Positions 1-10,708 of a stretch of DNA of 64,000 nt are shown in pieces. Each line of letters opens with the position of its first letter. Within the stretch, counting starts at the first letter, position 1. Under the pieces are notes generated by a model that saw nothing but the letters and a program-made list of their open reading frames with translations, ran no database searches and was not told where the DNA came from. Position numbers and translations under genes: made by a program. This DNA is from Deltaproteobacteria bacterium (GTDB lineage: Bacteria > Myxococcota_A > Polyangia > Polyangiales > Houyiibacteriaceae), in assembly GCA_034670305.1 (NCBI GenBank), contig JAXMNT010000038.1, positions 1 to 64,000 on the forward strand. Reading direction: 5' to 3'.

Positions 1-66
1 GCTCTCGCCCACCTCGAGCAGGTCGTCGCGATGCTCGTCGCGCTGATCAAGCGATCTGACCGCTGA
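1..66 (+). CDS. 3' end of a probable four-helix-bundle (23S rRNA IVP/Avd-like) protein gene, cut by the window edge
   Basis: Frame 1 reads ALAHLEQVVAMLVALIKRSDR*, resembling the last helix of four-helix-bundle proteins (L..IVAML..L); only 21 aa are visible. Confidence 0.4.
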   Translation, partial: ALAHLEQVVAMLVALIKRSDR

Positions 67-150
67 TCCGCGGGCAAGGGCAAAGGCAAGGGCAGGGGCA
101 AGGGGCAGGCTGCGAGAACGCCCTGCAGGCGTTCTTCAGCAGCCTACTAG
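2..150. repeat. Copy of the right end of the 14872-15436 element
   Basis: 2-150 matches 15288-15436 with 4 mismatches in 149 nt; contains a (GGGCAA)-type tract and an end hairpin finishing TTCAGCAGCCTACTAG. Confidence 0.95.
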
Positions 151-1085
151 CGCGCGTCGCGGCCGTGCGGTGCGTCGAGATCGAGGTCCGGCATGAGCGC
201 GACGATGCGGGTCGGGTTCACGCTCTCGTGGCTTCCGAAGTAGTGCGTTCGGATGTGGTGCAGGTTCACCGTCTCGCGCACGCCGGGCGTCTGGTAGACG
301 TCGCGGGTGAAGGCCCAGAGGTGTTCGTAGTCCCGGATCCGGCGCTTCGAGCACTTGAAGTGGAAGTGGTAGACCGGGTCGAACCGCAGCAGCGTCGTGA
401 AGAGGCAGACGTCCGCTTCGGTCATCTGGTCGCCGACCAGGAAGCGCTGATCGGCCAGCACCGCGTTCCAGTGATCGAGTGCGTCGAAGAGTTCGCCGGC
501 GGCTTCGTCGTAGGCGCGCTGGGACCGCGCGAACCCAGTCCGGTAGACGCCGTTGTTGATCGGCTCGTAGATGGCATCGATCACCGCGTCGATCGTGTGT
601 TGCACCGGTTTCGGGGCGAGGTTCACGTCCGGGTCGCCGAGCCCGAGGAACGACGTGTCGAACATGCGGATGATCTCGCGCGACTCGTTGTTCACGATGC
701 GCTTGTCCTGGGTGTCCCAGAGGATCGGGACGGTGACCTTGCCGGTGAACTTCGGATCGTGCCGCTGATAGACCTCCCGCAGAAGCGCGGCGCCGTCGGG
801 ATCGGGCACCACGCCTTCGCCCTCCGCGAACGTCCAGCCGTCCGCGCCCATGAACCAGTGCACCACCGAGACCGGGACATGGGGTGTCAGACCGCGCAGC
901 GCCCGGACGATGAGGCACCGGTGCGCCCACGGACAGGCGTAGGAGACGTAGAGCCGGTGGCGGCCCGACGTGGCGTCTTCGGGGGCGACCCGATCGCGCA
1001 GGCTGACCGGCTCCCGCCGAAAAACACCGTCTTCGTCTGCGAACCCACGCCGCGTCGTCCACTCACCCTCGATCAGTTGGCCCAT
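147..1085 (-). CDS. yqjG: Glutathionyl-hydroquinone reductase (GST omega/Xi class)
   Basis: MGQLIEGEW start, YVSYACPWAHR, KVTVPILWD, IVNNESREI, INNGVYRTGFA, LLRFDPVY, HYFGSH motifs. Confidence 0.92.
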   Translation of the reverse strand: MGQLIEGEWTTRRGFADEDGVFRREPVSLRDRVAPEDATSGRHRLYVSYACPWAHRCLIVRALRGLTPHVPVSVVHWFMGADGWTFAEGEGVVPDPDGAALLREVYQRHDPKFTGKVTVPILWDTQDKRIVNNESREIIRMFDTSFLGLGDPDVNLAPKPVQHTIDAVIDAIYEPINNGVYRTGFARSQRAYDEAAGELFDALDHWNAVLADQRFLVGDQMTEADVCLFTTLLRFDPVYHFHFKCSKRRIRDYEHLWAFTRDVYQTPGVRETVNLHHIRTHYFGSHESVNPTRIVALMPDLDLDAPHGRDAR

Positions 1086-1206
1086 GGGTCTCCTCTGTGG
1101 TGCAACGCCGCACGGCGCAACTGTTTGTCCGCCGAATGAATGGCTCCCTTCAGGCGCTCCGACCTCCTCCGCGTCGACCTTGGACGATCGAATCAAGTGC
1201 GGCAGC

Positions 1207-2685
1207 ATGCGTCCCATCCACATGACTTGTTTCCGTCCGTGTCTCGTTTGCCTGGTCGCCCTCGTCGGTGCGTGCGCCCCCTACATGAAGAGCGAGACGA
1301 TCTCATCCGCTTCATTCGAGGCCCCCGAACGCTGCGGCCAAGGCCCGTACGAGATCGCGCTGCAAGCGCGCGGCAGCCGATGGGGCGAGGGCGTGGTGGT
1401 CGACATCGTCTCGCCCCATGGGCTCGAGTTCGAGCACGAGATCCTCGTCGGTGACGAGACCATCCGGTCGGGCGAGGTGGGCCCCATCGTGGGCGTGCGG
1501 CAGGTGAGCGTCGATGGGCAGACCCGGTACGAGCAGGCCGAGGAACCGATGGTCTTCGACAACAGCAGTTGCCTCATCCAGGGCGTGCCGGTCGCGGGTG
1601 CGTCGGTGCGGGTGGCCGCCGGCCCGCCAGCCGAGGCTGCGCCAGTGCCCGACCAAGTCGTCGTCCATACAGAGGTCCCGCCAGAGGGGGCCATCGGGGA
1701 GACACTCGAGGCGACCGCCCGGGCGAGTCTCGAGTTGCGGGCGGTGCCCCGGTTCAGCGGCGGCGTGGGGCGCAACCACCTCTTCCAACACCAGCTCGGC
1801 CGGGTACACCTTCATCAGGATTGGGAGAACGACAGTCTTGGGCCGGCGCCTTATGCACCGGGGACGCCGATTCGAATCCGCTTCTGGTCGACGGTGCCGA
1901 ACCTGCTCGAGGGCGTGACCTTCGTGGTCCGGCACTTCGGCTTCGTGCCGACGGTGAGTGACGAGGAGTACGTCGCGCATCTCGAAGGCGAACGCTCCGA
2001 AGAAGAACGTCGGGCGGCACAGCGCGAACTCGACCGCCAAGAAGCGGCACGCGAGCGGGCGGAGAACGGGCCCGGTCGACGGGAGCGCCGCCGCATGGCG
2101 CGCGCCGAACGGCGGGAACGAGAGCGGCGCGAACGCCACGAGTTCTGCAACGCGCATCACGACTCCGAAGACTGCTGGGGTCCCGGCGGACTGGAGGGTC
2201 ATCGACAACGACAGGCCGACAGCGCCGCCAACGCAGAGATCGCGCAGCGCGAGCGGGCCGCAGCGGCCGAGGCCGAAGCCTACGCCCGCCCCGACGGTCC
2301 GCCGCCTCCGCCGCGTGCTCAGGCGCAGCCTCCGAAGCCGAGCCTTCATGCCCAGTGGACGCCCGGGTACTGGCACTGGATCCCGCGCGAGTGGGTCTGG
2401 ATCGGCGGACGGTGGACCGTGCCCGAGTCCGACTACGCCACCGCCACCGTCGTCGCCCCGACACAGCCTCCGCCTCCCCGCGCCGAAGCGATCCCACCGC
2501 CGCCGGGACCCGGATTGGTCTGGGTCGGCGGCCACTGGCAGTGGGACAACCAACAGTTCGTGTGGGTCGCGGGCTACTGGGATCTGCCGGCCGAAGGCAG
2601 CGTCTACCAGGCGCCTTCGTGGCGGGTGCAGAACCGCGGCGTGGTCTTCGTCCCCGGCCGCTGGCAAGTGCGCATCGGGCGGTAG
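1207..2685 (+). CDS. Lipoprotein with C-terminal YXWGXW repeats
   Basis: Lipobox LVGAC; charged coiled-coil middle; Pro-rich linkers and repeats WTPGYWHW, WVWIGGRW, WVGGHWQW, WVAGYW. Confidence 0.75.
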   Translation: MRPIHMTCFRPCLVCLVALVGACAPYMKSETISSASFEAPERCGQGPYEIALQARGSRWGEGVVVDIVSPHGLEFEHEILVGDETIRSGEVGPIVGVRQVSVDGQTRYEQAEEPMVFDNSSCLIQGVPVAGASVRVAAGPPAEAAPVPDQVVVHTEVPPEGAIGETLEATARASLELRAVPRFSGGVGRNHLFQHQLGRVHLHQDWENDSLGPAPYAPGTPIRIRFWSTVPNLLEGVTFVVRHFGFVPTVSDEEYVAHLEGERSEEERRAAQRELDRQEAARERAENGPGRRERRRMARAERRERERRERHEFCNAHHDSEDCWGPGGLEGHRQRQADSAANAEIAQRERAAAAEAEAYARPDGPPPPPRAQAQPPKPSLHAQWTPGYWHWIPREWVWIGGRWTVPESDYATATVVAPTQPPPPRAEAIPPPPGPGLVWVGGHWQWDNQQFVWVAGYWDLPAEGSVYQAPSWRVQNRGVVFVPGRWQVRIGR

Positions 2686-2729
2686 GCGGCTACGTGCGGA
2701 CCGTGCTGGTGCGACGGGCGTGTGCGTCG

Positions 2730-2768
2730 GGCCGCCAGTCTCGAGAAGCGAGCCAGAGCCCGTGGTGC
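2730..2768 (+). repeat. Dispersed REP-like repeat, copy 1
   Basis: GGCCGCCAGTCTCGAGAAGCGAGCCAGAGCCCGTGGTGC; near-identical to copies at 30429, 42844 and 52697. Confidence 0.8.
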
Positions 2769-2919
2769 ATACAGAAAGTGACGGTGGCCGCGACATGCAA
2801 TGCGCAGCCACCGGGCGCTGGACCTGATCGCCCCTGAAAAGAAAGGGCTTTCACGGATGGCGCGGCTCCTGCACACCGCGGGGCATGGACTTCCTTCCCG
2901 TGCTGCCCTCGGTGTGCGT

Positions 2920-5900
2920 ATGAGTACCGGCGATCTCTTCGGTGCGATCTGCGCCCTGACGGGGCTGTTGGCGATCGCGACCCCGTTCATGGCCTTCTTC
3001 GCGCTCTCCCGGCGCAAAGAGGTCCGGATGCGTTTACACGCGCTGGAGTCCGAAAACGCCGCGCTTCTCGGCCGGTTGGTCCAGCTCGAACGCTGGGCGA
3101 GCACCGTGGTCGCTGGCGAGCGTGCACCGAAGCTCGGCAGCACCACGGCCATGGAGGCCGCCGGCGCTTCTGGCGACGTGTCGGTGATCGCAGCCGCCAC
3201 CGCGCCTTCGCACCTACCGCCGGTGCCTTCGCACCACCTCGCGCAGCCTTGGCAGCCGCCCGGCTACGTGGGTCCGACCCCCCGAGAGAACGTGGAGCCG
3301 ATGGGCCCGCCGGTCTCGGAACCCGCGCAACAAGAGGCGGGCGCGGCTTCCGAACCGCCTCTGGCGCAGTCGGCTCCGGGATCGGAGTCGGCCTCGGAGT
3401 CGGCCTCGGAGTCGGATTCGGCATCGGCATCGGCATCGGCATCGGCATCGGCATCGGCATCGGCTTCGGCTTCGGCTTCGGATTCGGCTTCGGCATCGGA
3501 TTCGGCTTCGGCATCGGAGTCGGCTTCGGCTTCGGCTTCGGCTTCGGCTTCGGAATCGGCATCAGGATCCGCTTCCGAATCGGCCTCAGGATCGGCTTCG
3601 GAACCGGACTCCGGATCGGGCGCGGAGTCAGGATCGGTGCGCCCAGCTCCTGCGCAGGATCCCCGCGGCGCTTCGCAGCCCCCACAACCTCCGCAGCCCC
3701 CGGCGCCGCAGCACGCGCAGCCCGGTCCGAGCGGTCCAGACAAACCCTCGTTCGACTGGGAGCAGTTCCTCGGCGTGCGCGCCGCCGCTGCGCTCGGTGG
3801 CCTGACGCTGCTCGCCGCCGCCGGATACTTCTTCAAGTACTCGATCGACAACGGCCTCATCGGGCTGACCGCGCGTGTGATCATCGGCGCAGTCATCGGC
3901 GTCAGCTGCATCTTCGCGGCCGAGGTTCCGCTCCGCGCCAAGTACCGCGTGCTCGGCGATTGGCTCGCGGGTGCGGGCGGCGGCATCCTCTACTTCTGTT
4001 TCTGGGCGGCGTCCGCCGGCTACGAGCTCATCCCGATCTGGGCGGGCTTCGCCGGCATGGTGGTGGTCACCGTCACCTGCTGCGTGCTCTCGGTGCGACG
4101 CAACGCCCCGGCGGTCGCGCTGCTCGCCTTCCTCGGCGGCTTCGCCACCCCCGCCGTGCTCTCGACCGGCTCCGATCGGCCGATCGAACTCTTCGTGTAC
4201 CTCGTCGCGCTCAACGGCGGCTTGATGCTGGTCGCACGCGCGCGCAGTTGGCCGTTCCTCCCGGTGGTCTCGCTCGTGCTCACGAGCCTCTACCAGATCT
4301 TCTGGATCACGCAGCGCATGGGCGACGGCGCCGACCGGCTCGCGATCGCGATCGCGGTGTCGCTCGCGTTCCCGATCGTCTTCGCGCTCGGCGCGCGACC
4401 GAAAGCGGACTCCGAAGCGAGTGCTTCCAACACGGCGTTGTGGCGCGGCACCCGGGTCGTCTCGGTGCTGCTGCCCTTCCTCTCCGCGCTCTATCTGGCG
4501 CTCAGCGCGCCGATGGGCCCGGACCTCTGGCCGGTGGGCGGCATGCTCGTGGTGCTCTGCGCCGGCGCGGCCTGGATGGCCGAGCGCGACCAGATGCGGT
4601 TCATCGCGCTCGGCGCCGCCAGCGCGTCGGTCGCGGTGATCACCGCGTGGACGTTCACCCAGTCGTTCACCGACGCGCTCGCGTGGGAGCTCGCCGGTGT
4701 CGTGCTCGCGGTGTGCGCGGCGCTGCACGTCTTCGCCGAACGCACCGCGCGACGCATCCGACGCACACCGGTCCTTGAACCTGCGGGGGACGACGACGGG
4801 GCCACGGCATCGTCCACGGAGCCGAAGCCGAAACCTCGGAACGAAGCGAGCGATGCCGCGACCGTCTTCGTGCTCGGCACCTCCTTGCTGCTGCTCGAGA
4901 TCCCGACCCGACATGCGATCGCCGTCTGGCCGTTCGCGGCGATCTGGACGCTCGCGCTTCTGACCAACCTCCGGCACGTCCGGCTCGGCACCACGGCGGT
5001 GTCGCAACTCGCGGCGCCGGTGATCTTCGGCATCGGTCTGATGAACTTCCACGTGCGGCGCGGGCTCGACGTCGGCTTCCCCTCCGAAGCGTTCTACGTC
5101 GGCTTCTTCGTTGCGGTGGGCCTCGGCATGCAGCTGCTCGCCACCCGCGCGCGCGGCAAAGTCGGCGACCTCGCAAGCCACGGCGCCGCCGGGTTCGCGG
5201 GCCTTGGTCTCATCCACTTCGCGCTGCTCGATCCGAACATCCCGCTCTCGGGCGAGGTCGGGTTCGCGGGCATCGTGTTGTTCGCGCTCTTCGTCGCGAC
5301 CTCGAGCCGGCGGCTTGGCAGCTCGGTCTGGCTGGGCGTCGGGCTCACCGGCGCGGCGGCGTCCACGTTGGCGCTCGTCGCCAACACACTTCATCCGCCC
5401 TTCGGCACAGCGCCCGCCGCCGCTGCGAGCATCGAGGTGCTCACGGTGGGCGTGCTCGTGCCGCTGGCACTCTTCTCCTTCGCACCACTCTGGCTCGGCG
5501 CCCGCGCGCGCCATGCGATCGGCACCTGGCGGGTTGCGGCCCTCGCGCCGCTCGCGTTCTTCCCCGCGTACTTTCTCGTGTACCGCGAGCTCTTCGGTGC
5601 GAGCAGCGACGGCCTCGCGGCGTTCACCTTCGGCGCGCTCTCGGTCGCGGTCGCCCTGTGCTCCAAACGCTTCGGTCCCGAAGACCAGGACGCGCGCACG
5701 AGCGCCTTCGTCTGGCCCGCGGTCGTCGCGCTCGGGTTCCTCACCGCCGCGATCCCGCTGCAGCTCGAGAACGAATGGGTGACCATCGGCTGGGCCATCC
5801 AGGGCGCGGCGGTGCTCTTGCTCTGGCGCCGGGTCGACCACGCCGGCCTCAAGTGGACCGCGCTCGCGCTCTTCGGCGTGGTCGCCATCCGACTCACGCT

Positions 5901-6453
5901 CAACCCGATGGTGCTCTCGTACCATCCGCCGAGCGGGTTCCCGGTGCTGAACTGGTTGGCGTACGGCTACCTCGTGCCGATGGCGGCGATGATCGTCGGC
6001 GCGCGTCTCTTGCTCGACCTGGACGTCGCGCGCCGGCGCACGTGGGAGAAGAACGTGTTCGGCGAGCGCCAGGTGCTCGTCGGGCTGCTTGGCGCCGCCG
6101 CGATCGCCGTCGGCTTCGTGTGGGTGAACCTCACGATCATCGATGCGTACTCGGTCGGTCGCGAACTCGAACTCCCATTCGACCGCGTGCCGGCGCGCGA
6201 CCTGACCCTCTCGATGGCCTGGGCCCTCTACGGCCTCTTGCTCCTCGCGGTCGGCATCTGGCGCACGGTTCGGCCACTCCGCGCGCTCGGCACCACGCTC
6301 ATCGCCATCACCGCGCTGAAGGTCTTTCTCTACGACCTCGGCAACCTCACCGATCTCTGGCGCGTGGCCTCGCTCGTCGGTCTCGCTGTCTCTCTCATTC
6401 TGGTTTCGTTCGTCTATCGACGGTTCGTCTTCGGCGACAAGGAAAATTCATGA
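2920..6453 (+). CDS. DUF2339-type polytopic membrane protein
   Basis: WEQFLG...[14 protein letters not shown]...RVIIG, GGFATP, and C-terminal KVFLYDL...[10 protein letters not shown] motifs; many TM segments. Confidence 0.85.
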   Translation: MSTGDLFGAICALTGLLAIATPFMAFFALSRRKEVRMRLHALESENAALLGRLVQLERWASTVVAGERAPKLGSTTAMEAAGASGDVSVIAAATAPSHLPPVPSHHLAQPWQPPGYVGPTPRENVEPMGPPVSEPAQQEAGAASEPPLAQSAPGSESASESASESDSASASASASASASASASASASDSASASDSASASESASASASASASESASGSASESASGSASEPDSGSGAESGSVRPAPAQDPRGASQPPQPPQPPAPQHAQPGPSGPDKPSFDWEQFLGVRAAAALGGLTLLAAAGYFFKYSIDNGLIGLTARVIIGAVIGVSCIFAAEVPLRAKYRVLGDWLAGAGGGILYFCFWAASAGYELIPIWAGFAGMVVVTVTCCVLSVRRNAPAVALLAFLGGFATPAVLSTGSDRPIELFVYLVALNGGLMLVARARSWPFLPVVSLVLTSLYQIFWITQRMGDGADRLAIAIAVSLAFPIVFALGARPKADSEASASNTALWRGTRVVSVLLPFLSALYLALSAPMGPDLWPVGGMLVVLCAGAAWMAERDQMRFIALGAASASVAVITAWTFTQSFTDALAWELAGVVLAVCAALHVFAERTARRIRRTPVLEPAGDDDGATASSTEPKPKPRNEASDAATVFVLGTSLLLLEIPTRHAIAVWPFAAIWTLALLTNLRHVRLGTTAVSQLAAPVIFGIGLMNFHVRRGLDVGFPSEAFYVGFFVAVGLGMQLLATRARGKVGDLASHGAAGFAGLGLIHFALLDPNIPLSGEVGFAGIVLFALFVATSSRRLGSSVWLGVGLTGAAASTLALVANTLHPPFGTAPAAAASIEVLTVGVLVPLALFSFAPLWLGARARHAIGTWRVAALAPLAFFPAYFLVYRELFGASSDGLAAFTFGALSVAVALCSKRFGPEDQDARTSAFVWPAVVALGFLTAAIPLQLENEWVTIGWAIQGAAVLLLWRRVDHAGLKWTALALFGVVAIRLTLNPMVLSYHPPSGFPVLNWLAYGYLVPMAAMIVGARLLLDLDVARRRTWEKNVFGERQVLVGLLGAAAIAVGFVWVNLTIIDAYSVGRELELPFDRVPARDLTLSMAWALYGLLLLAVGIWRTVRPLRALGTTLIAITALKVFLYDLGNLTDLWRVASLVGLAVSLILVSFVYRRFVFGDKENS
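3381..3630 (+). repeat. Hexamer (TCGGCW) tract encoding a Ser-Ala/Glu linker
   Basis: Tandem TCGGCA/TCGGCT/TCGGAN units in frame within the DUF2339 gene. Confidence 0.9.
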
Positions 6454-8765
6454 CCCGCGTCCTCCCGTTCTTTCCATCCATCGTCCACGGTGGCGCCGCG
6501 CGTCCGCAGGCACGGCTCCGGGCATGGGCTTTGGGGGGCGTGCTCGGAGCGCTCTGGCTTGCGGCGTTCACGCCCACGACCGCGGGTGCCCAGCCGCCGC
6601 CCGGTTCGCTCTACGAACACCAGGCCGAGATCCTCTCGAGCGCGCAGGGCCTCGTCCGGCTTCCGTTGACCGGCGAGGTGCTCCGGCAGTGCGGCGAAGA
6701 CCTCTCGGACCTGCGCGTCTTTCGCAACGGCGCGGAGGTCCCGCACTTCGTCGACGCGCACGGACGCACCGCCGAGCCGGCCGAACGCCGCTTCTCTCTC
6801 TCGCCCGTCTCGGCCGAGCGCGATCTCCGCGAAGTGGAAGGCGCGCCGACCCGCGCGACCGAACACTACGTCGTCGTGCGTCCACTCGAAGCGACGCCGG
6901 ACCGCGCGTGGCGGATCGAGTTCGCGCCGGTGTCGTCCGACTTCGTGCGGGAGGTCGTCGTCTACGCCCACGATCCGGAACAAGCGGTCGGTGGCGCCAG
7001 CGGACGTGGCGAAGAACTCGCGCGCACCCGCATCTTCCGCCTCCCCCGCCAACGCAGCGAGCGACTCTTCGTCGCGTTGCCGGCGCGTTTCCTGGACGAA
7101 GCCCAGCTCGAGGTCGAACTCGTGGGCGACGGCGCGTACCTCGAGCCCGTGATGTCGCTCGTCTCCGATGTCCGCCTCGACGGCGCGGCCGAGAACACCA
7201 CCCTGGCGATCCCGCTCCAAGAGCAGTCGCGCGAAGTGGTGGGCGATGTGACCACCGTCGAGCTCGTGCGTCCGCCCGGCGTGGCGCCGGACCGGCTGAT
7301 CGTGCGCACCCGCGCCCGCACCTTCCACTTGGACCTCGAGGTGTTCGACATCGGCGCAGGCACGTTCTCGAGCGCACCGGTACAGACTTCGCTTGGATCC
7401 GCCGCGGTGTTCCGCATGGCGGACCGTCAGGATCTGGAGTCGCTCGACGTCGCGCTCGCTGGCACCCGCGGCGAGCTGCTTCGAGTGACCCTGCGCGGCA
7501 CCGTGCCCGACGACCTGACCTTCGAAGCGGAACTCCGACAGCCGGTCTTGCTCTTCGACCACCAGCCGGGATCGGTGCTGCGTTTCGGTGGCGGCCGGGT
7601 GCGCGCGCCGAGCTACGACTGGAGCGACGCGATGCGGCTCTACCACTCGGCGAGCCGCACTGCGACTCCCAGAGCCAGCACTGCGATTCTCGAAGCCAGC
7701 ACTGCGATTCTCGAAGCCAGCACCGCGTCGCCCGCCCGCCTCGGTCCGGTCGTGCCGAACCCAAGCTTCGACGACGCGCCCGCGCTCGCGTTCGCGATGA
7801 CGCCCGGCGCGGTGGTGGATGGCCGGGCCCACGCGCACCGGCAGCGTTTCTCGGTGCCCGCGACCCGCGATGGACTCGTGCGCCTTTTGCCGACGCCAGA
7901 GACGTTGGCTGCGTCCGACATCCTGGAGAACGACCTGCGCATCGTCGACGCAGAAGGACGTCAGTGGGCGTACTTGCGCGGGCCCGAGCGTACGCGCCGG
8001 CTGCCCGCCGCGGAGGTCGCACCGACCCCGACCGATGAGATCACCCGCGACGGCCTCGGCCTTCGCGGTCCGACGAGTCGCTACGAAGTGGCCTTGCCAA
8101 GCGAACCGCTGCGCGTCGAAGGGGTGCAGGTCACCACCGACGTGCGCTTCGTGGACCGGGTCTGCACGCTGGTCGGCGAGGTCGAAGGCGAAGAAGGCGC
8201 GCGCAGTCTCGCGCAAGGAAGGCTCGTCGCGCGCCCGGACGGGCAGGGCGCGGCGCTCCTGTTGGAGCAGCGCACCTTCCGTCATGCCCGCGTCCACTCG
8301 CTCGCCGTGTGGGTCTCCGATCAAGACGACGCGCCGCTGCCGCAGCTCACCGTCGAGGTCATGTATCCGGTGAACGCGCTCTACGCGCCCCTGCCGGCAG
8401 GCGACTATGCGCTGCTGGTCGGTGCGCGCGACGCCGAAGCGCCGGCGTACGAACTGCGACGGGCCTCGGAACTCCTGCTCCACGTCGAACCCGCGGACGT
8501 GTCCCTCGGCGCGCTCGAGCCGAACCCCGCGTACGAACCGCCGAGCACCTACAGCGCCGACGTGTGGAAGGACATCGTCATGTGGGCCGTGCTGCTCCTG
8601 GGGGTGCTGTTGCTGCTCTACCTCACCTTCCGCTCCGTCCCGAAGGATGAGGACGAAGAAGGCGACGCCGCTGAGCCGGAAGAACGTGAGGAAGGCGCGG
8701 CAGAAGACAGCACAGGCGATGCAAGAAGCGACGGTTCAGAAGACGAGGAACGTCCAGAGACCTGA
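6450..8765 (+). CDS. DUF3999-like exported protein with C-terminal membrane anchor, partner of DUF2339
   Basis: ATGA overlap with upstream stop; signal peptide; two internal DLR(V/I) modules each ending ..P.Y(D/E)...LG..PNP; C-terminal TM and acidic tail. Confidence 0.7.
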   Translation: MTRVLPFFPSIVHGGAARPQARLRAWALGGVLGALWLAAFTPTTAGAQPPPGSLYEHQAEILSSAQGLVRLPLTGEVLRQCGEDLSDLRVFRNGAEVPHFVDAHGRTAEPAERRFSLSPVSAERDLREVEGAPTRATEHYVVVRPLEATPDRAWRIEFAPVSSDFVREVVVYAHDPEQAVGGASGRGEELARTRIFRLPRQRSERLFVALPARFLDEAQLEVELVGDGAYLEPVMSLVSDVRLDGAAENTTLAIPLQEQSREVVGDVTTVELVRPPGVAPDRLIVRTRARTFHLDLEVFDIGAGTFSSAPVQTSLGSAAVFRMADRQDLESLDVALAGTRGELLRVTLRGTVPDDLTFEAELRQPVLLFDHQPGSVLRFGGGRVRAPSYDWSDAMRLYHSASRTATPRASTAILEASTAILEASTASPARLGPVVPNPSFDDAPALAFAMTPGAVVDGRAHAHRQRFSVPATRDGLVRLLPTPETLAASDILENDLRIVDAEGRQWAYLRGPERTRRLPAAEVAPTPTDEITRDGLGLRGPTSRYEVALPSEPLRVEGVQVTTDVRFVDRVCTLVGEVEGEEGARSLAQGRLVARPDGQGAALLLEQRTFRHARVHSLAVWVSDQDDAPLPQLTVEVMYPVNALYAPLPAGDYALLVGARDAEAPAYELRRASELLLHVEPADVSLGALEPNPAYEPPSTYSADVWKDIVMWAVLLLGVLLLLYLTFRSVPKDEDEEGDAAEPEEREEGAAEDSTGDARSDGSEDEERPET
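7673..7723 (+). repeat. 21-bp in-frame tandem duplication (ASTAILE x2)
   Basis: AGCCAGCACTGCGATTCTCGA twice plus a partial third unit. Confidence 0.9.
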
Positions 8766-8815
8766 GCGCACGCTTGTCGTTTGAGTTGATGGCCCCATGC
8801 GCGTTAGGGTGCCCG

Positions 8816-10615
8816 ATGCGACAAGTGGGGGCTTGGGTCGGGTGTCTGATGATGCTCATGGCAACGGGGTGTGGCGACGACGACGCAGGCGGCGTCGACG
8901 GGGGCACGCGCTGCACCTCGTCCCCTGAATGCGACGACGGCCTCTTCTGCAACGGCGCCGAGATCTGCGATCCCGGATCGATCGAGGCGAATGAGATGGG
9001 ATGCCGCGCCAGTGCAGCGCCTTGTGGCGGCGGAGCGTGCGACGAAGAGGCCGACATGTGCGGTTCGGGATGCACCGACGCCGACGGCGACGGCCACGGG
9101 GAGTTCGCGTGTGGCGGCGACGACTGCGACGACGCCGACCCGACCCGCTTCCCCGGCAACGAAGAAGTGTGCGACCTCGAGGGGCACGACGAGGACTGCG
9201 ACGCGAGCACCTTCGGCGACCGAGACATCGACGGAGACGGACACGCGGACGCGCGCTGCTGCAATGCGGGCAACTGCGGAGAAGACTGCGACGAGACACG
9301 CCGCGGCACGAACCCGGACGTGCCCGAAGTCTGCGATGGCCGCGACAACGACTGCGACGGACTCGTGGACGAAGAGCTCCTCGAAGCGCGCTTCGCCGAC
9401 GACGACCGAGACCTTCACGGGGATCCGCGGGCGCCTGTCCGCGCCTGCCCGGGACGGGCCGGAACGTCCGCGTCCATGCTCGACTGCAACGACGAGGACC
9501 CGAGCACCAACAGTCCGCAATCCGAACTGCGAGACGGCGAAGACAACGACTGCGACGGGATCGTCGACGAAGGCCCGGTGGACTCGATGTTCTTCCCGGA
9601 CATGGATCTGGACGGCTACGGCAACCCGCTCGGCGTGGCCATCGTCTCCGACGAACCGGTGCCGGGGTACTCGCGCATCCCCATCGACTGCGACGACATG
9701 GACAGCGCCCGCTCGCCGCGCGCGCCCGAACTCTGCGACGCCATCGACAACAACTGCGACGGCGAGGCGAACTTCGTCATCGGCGTGAACGACTGGGAAG
9801 ACGACGACGGCGACGGCCACGCGGACGCGAGCTGCGGCGGAACGGACTGCGACGACACCGATCCGATCACGTTCCTCGGCAACACCGAACGCTGCGACTT
9901 CCGAGACAACGACTGCGACGGAACGGTGGACGAAGGCTGCGGTGGCCCCGGCATGGACGGCGGGACCGGCGATGGCGGGCCCGGCGGCGGCGTCGATGCG
10001 GGCGTAGACGGCGGCGCGTGTATGGTCGATCCCGCCGACCGGTCCGATGGCACCGGCACGTTCCTGCTCAACGACGTACCGATCCCCTCTCCAAACGTTT
10101 ACGTCGAGCACTCCACCGGAGCAGGCGAGGGAGGGGCCGTCACCCAGCTGCGCATCTACTTCCAAGAGTTTGCGGGTGCGTGTGCGTTTGCGGTGTCGGG
10201 CGGAGATCCGGCTTCAACGCTCATCGGTTACGTCAGCCTCACTGTCCAGAGCGCCGACGCCAGCCCGCAACCGTTGCCCGGACCGGGGACCTACCCCTTC
10301 AGCAGAGACGATGCGGTCGGTGTCGCCGAGTTCCGTGGCGCGGGGCGTTACATGACTTCCGAGACTTGCTCCACGGGCCTCGGGCGGGGACCGGACACCG
10401 AGATGGGTTCGATCACATTCGACACGCTCGATCCAGTGACCGGTGCGGCCAGCGGCTCGTTCACGTACACCGAGACCTTCGATGGCGGCGCCACCGTGAA
10501 CGTCTACACCGGCACGTTCGACAACAGCGGGGCGGAAGGCAGATTCTGCTTCACCCCCGCCGCTCCCCGCACCTCGACACCGTGTTGCACGACTCCCGGC
10601 GGCGGGGCGAGCTGA
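8816..10615 (+). CDS. Lipoprotein with putative metal-binding (MopE-related) Asp/Cys repeats
   Basis: Lipobox ATGC; repeated D.DGDG..DCDD....PG..E.CDG.DNDCDG.VDE units. Confidence 0.85.
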   Translation: MRQVGAWVGCLMMLMATGCGDDDAGGVDGGTRCTSSPECDDGLFCNGAEICDPGSIEANEMGCRASAAPCGGGACDEEADMCGSGCTDADGDGHGEFACGGDDCDDADPTRFPGNEEVCDLEGHDEDCDASTFGDRDIDGDGHADARCCNAGNCGEDCDETRRGTNPDVPEVCDGRDNDCDGLVDEELLEARFADDDRDLHGDPRAPVRACPGRAGTSASMLDCNDEDPSTNSPQSELRDGEDNDCDGIVDEGPVDSMFFPDMDLDGYGNPLGVAIVSDEPVPGYSRIPIDCDDMDSARSPRAPELCDAIDNNCDGEANFVIGVNDWEDDDGDGHADASCGGTDCDDTDPITFLGNTERCDFRDNDCDGTVDEGCGGPGMDGGTGDGGPGGGVDAGVDGGACMVDPADRSDGTGTFLLNDVPIPSPNVYVEHSTGAGEGGAVTQLRIYFQEFAGACAFAVSGGDPASTLIGYVSLTVQSADASPQPLPGPGTYPFSRDDAVGVAEFRGAGRYMTSETCSTGLGRGPDTEMGSITFDTLDPVTGAASGSFTYTETFDGGATVNVYTGTFDNSGAEGRFCFTPAAPRTSTPCCTTPGGGAS

Positions 10616-10708
10616 GAACGGATGGGTCCGGCTGGCGAGCTCGAGTTCGCCGGCATCGATCGTCCGAGTCTTGGAATGTACGCCCGGGCGGGGGTGGTTG
10701 CTGCGGCC

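Noticed and set aside
1-66. Diversity-generating retroelement suggested by the Avd-like tail
   Set aside because: No reverse transcriptase or TR/VR pair with adenine-specific differences in the window
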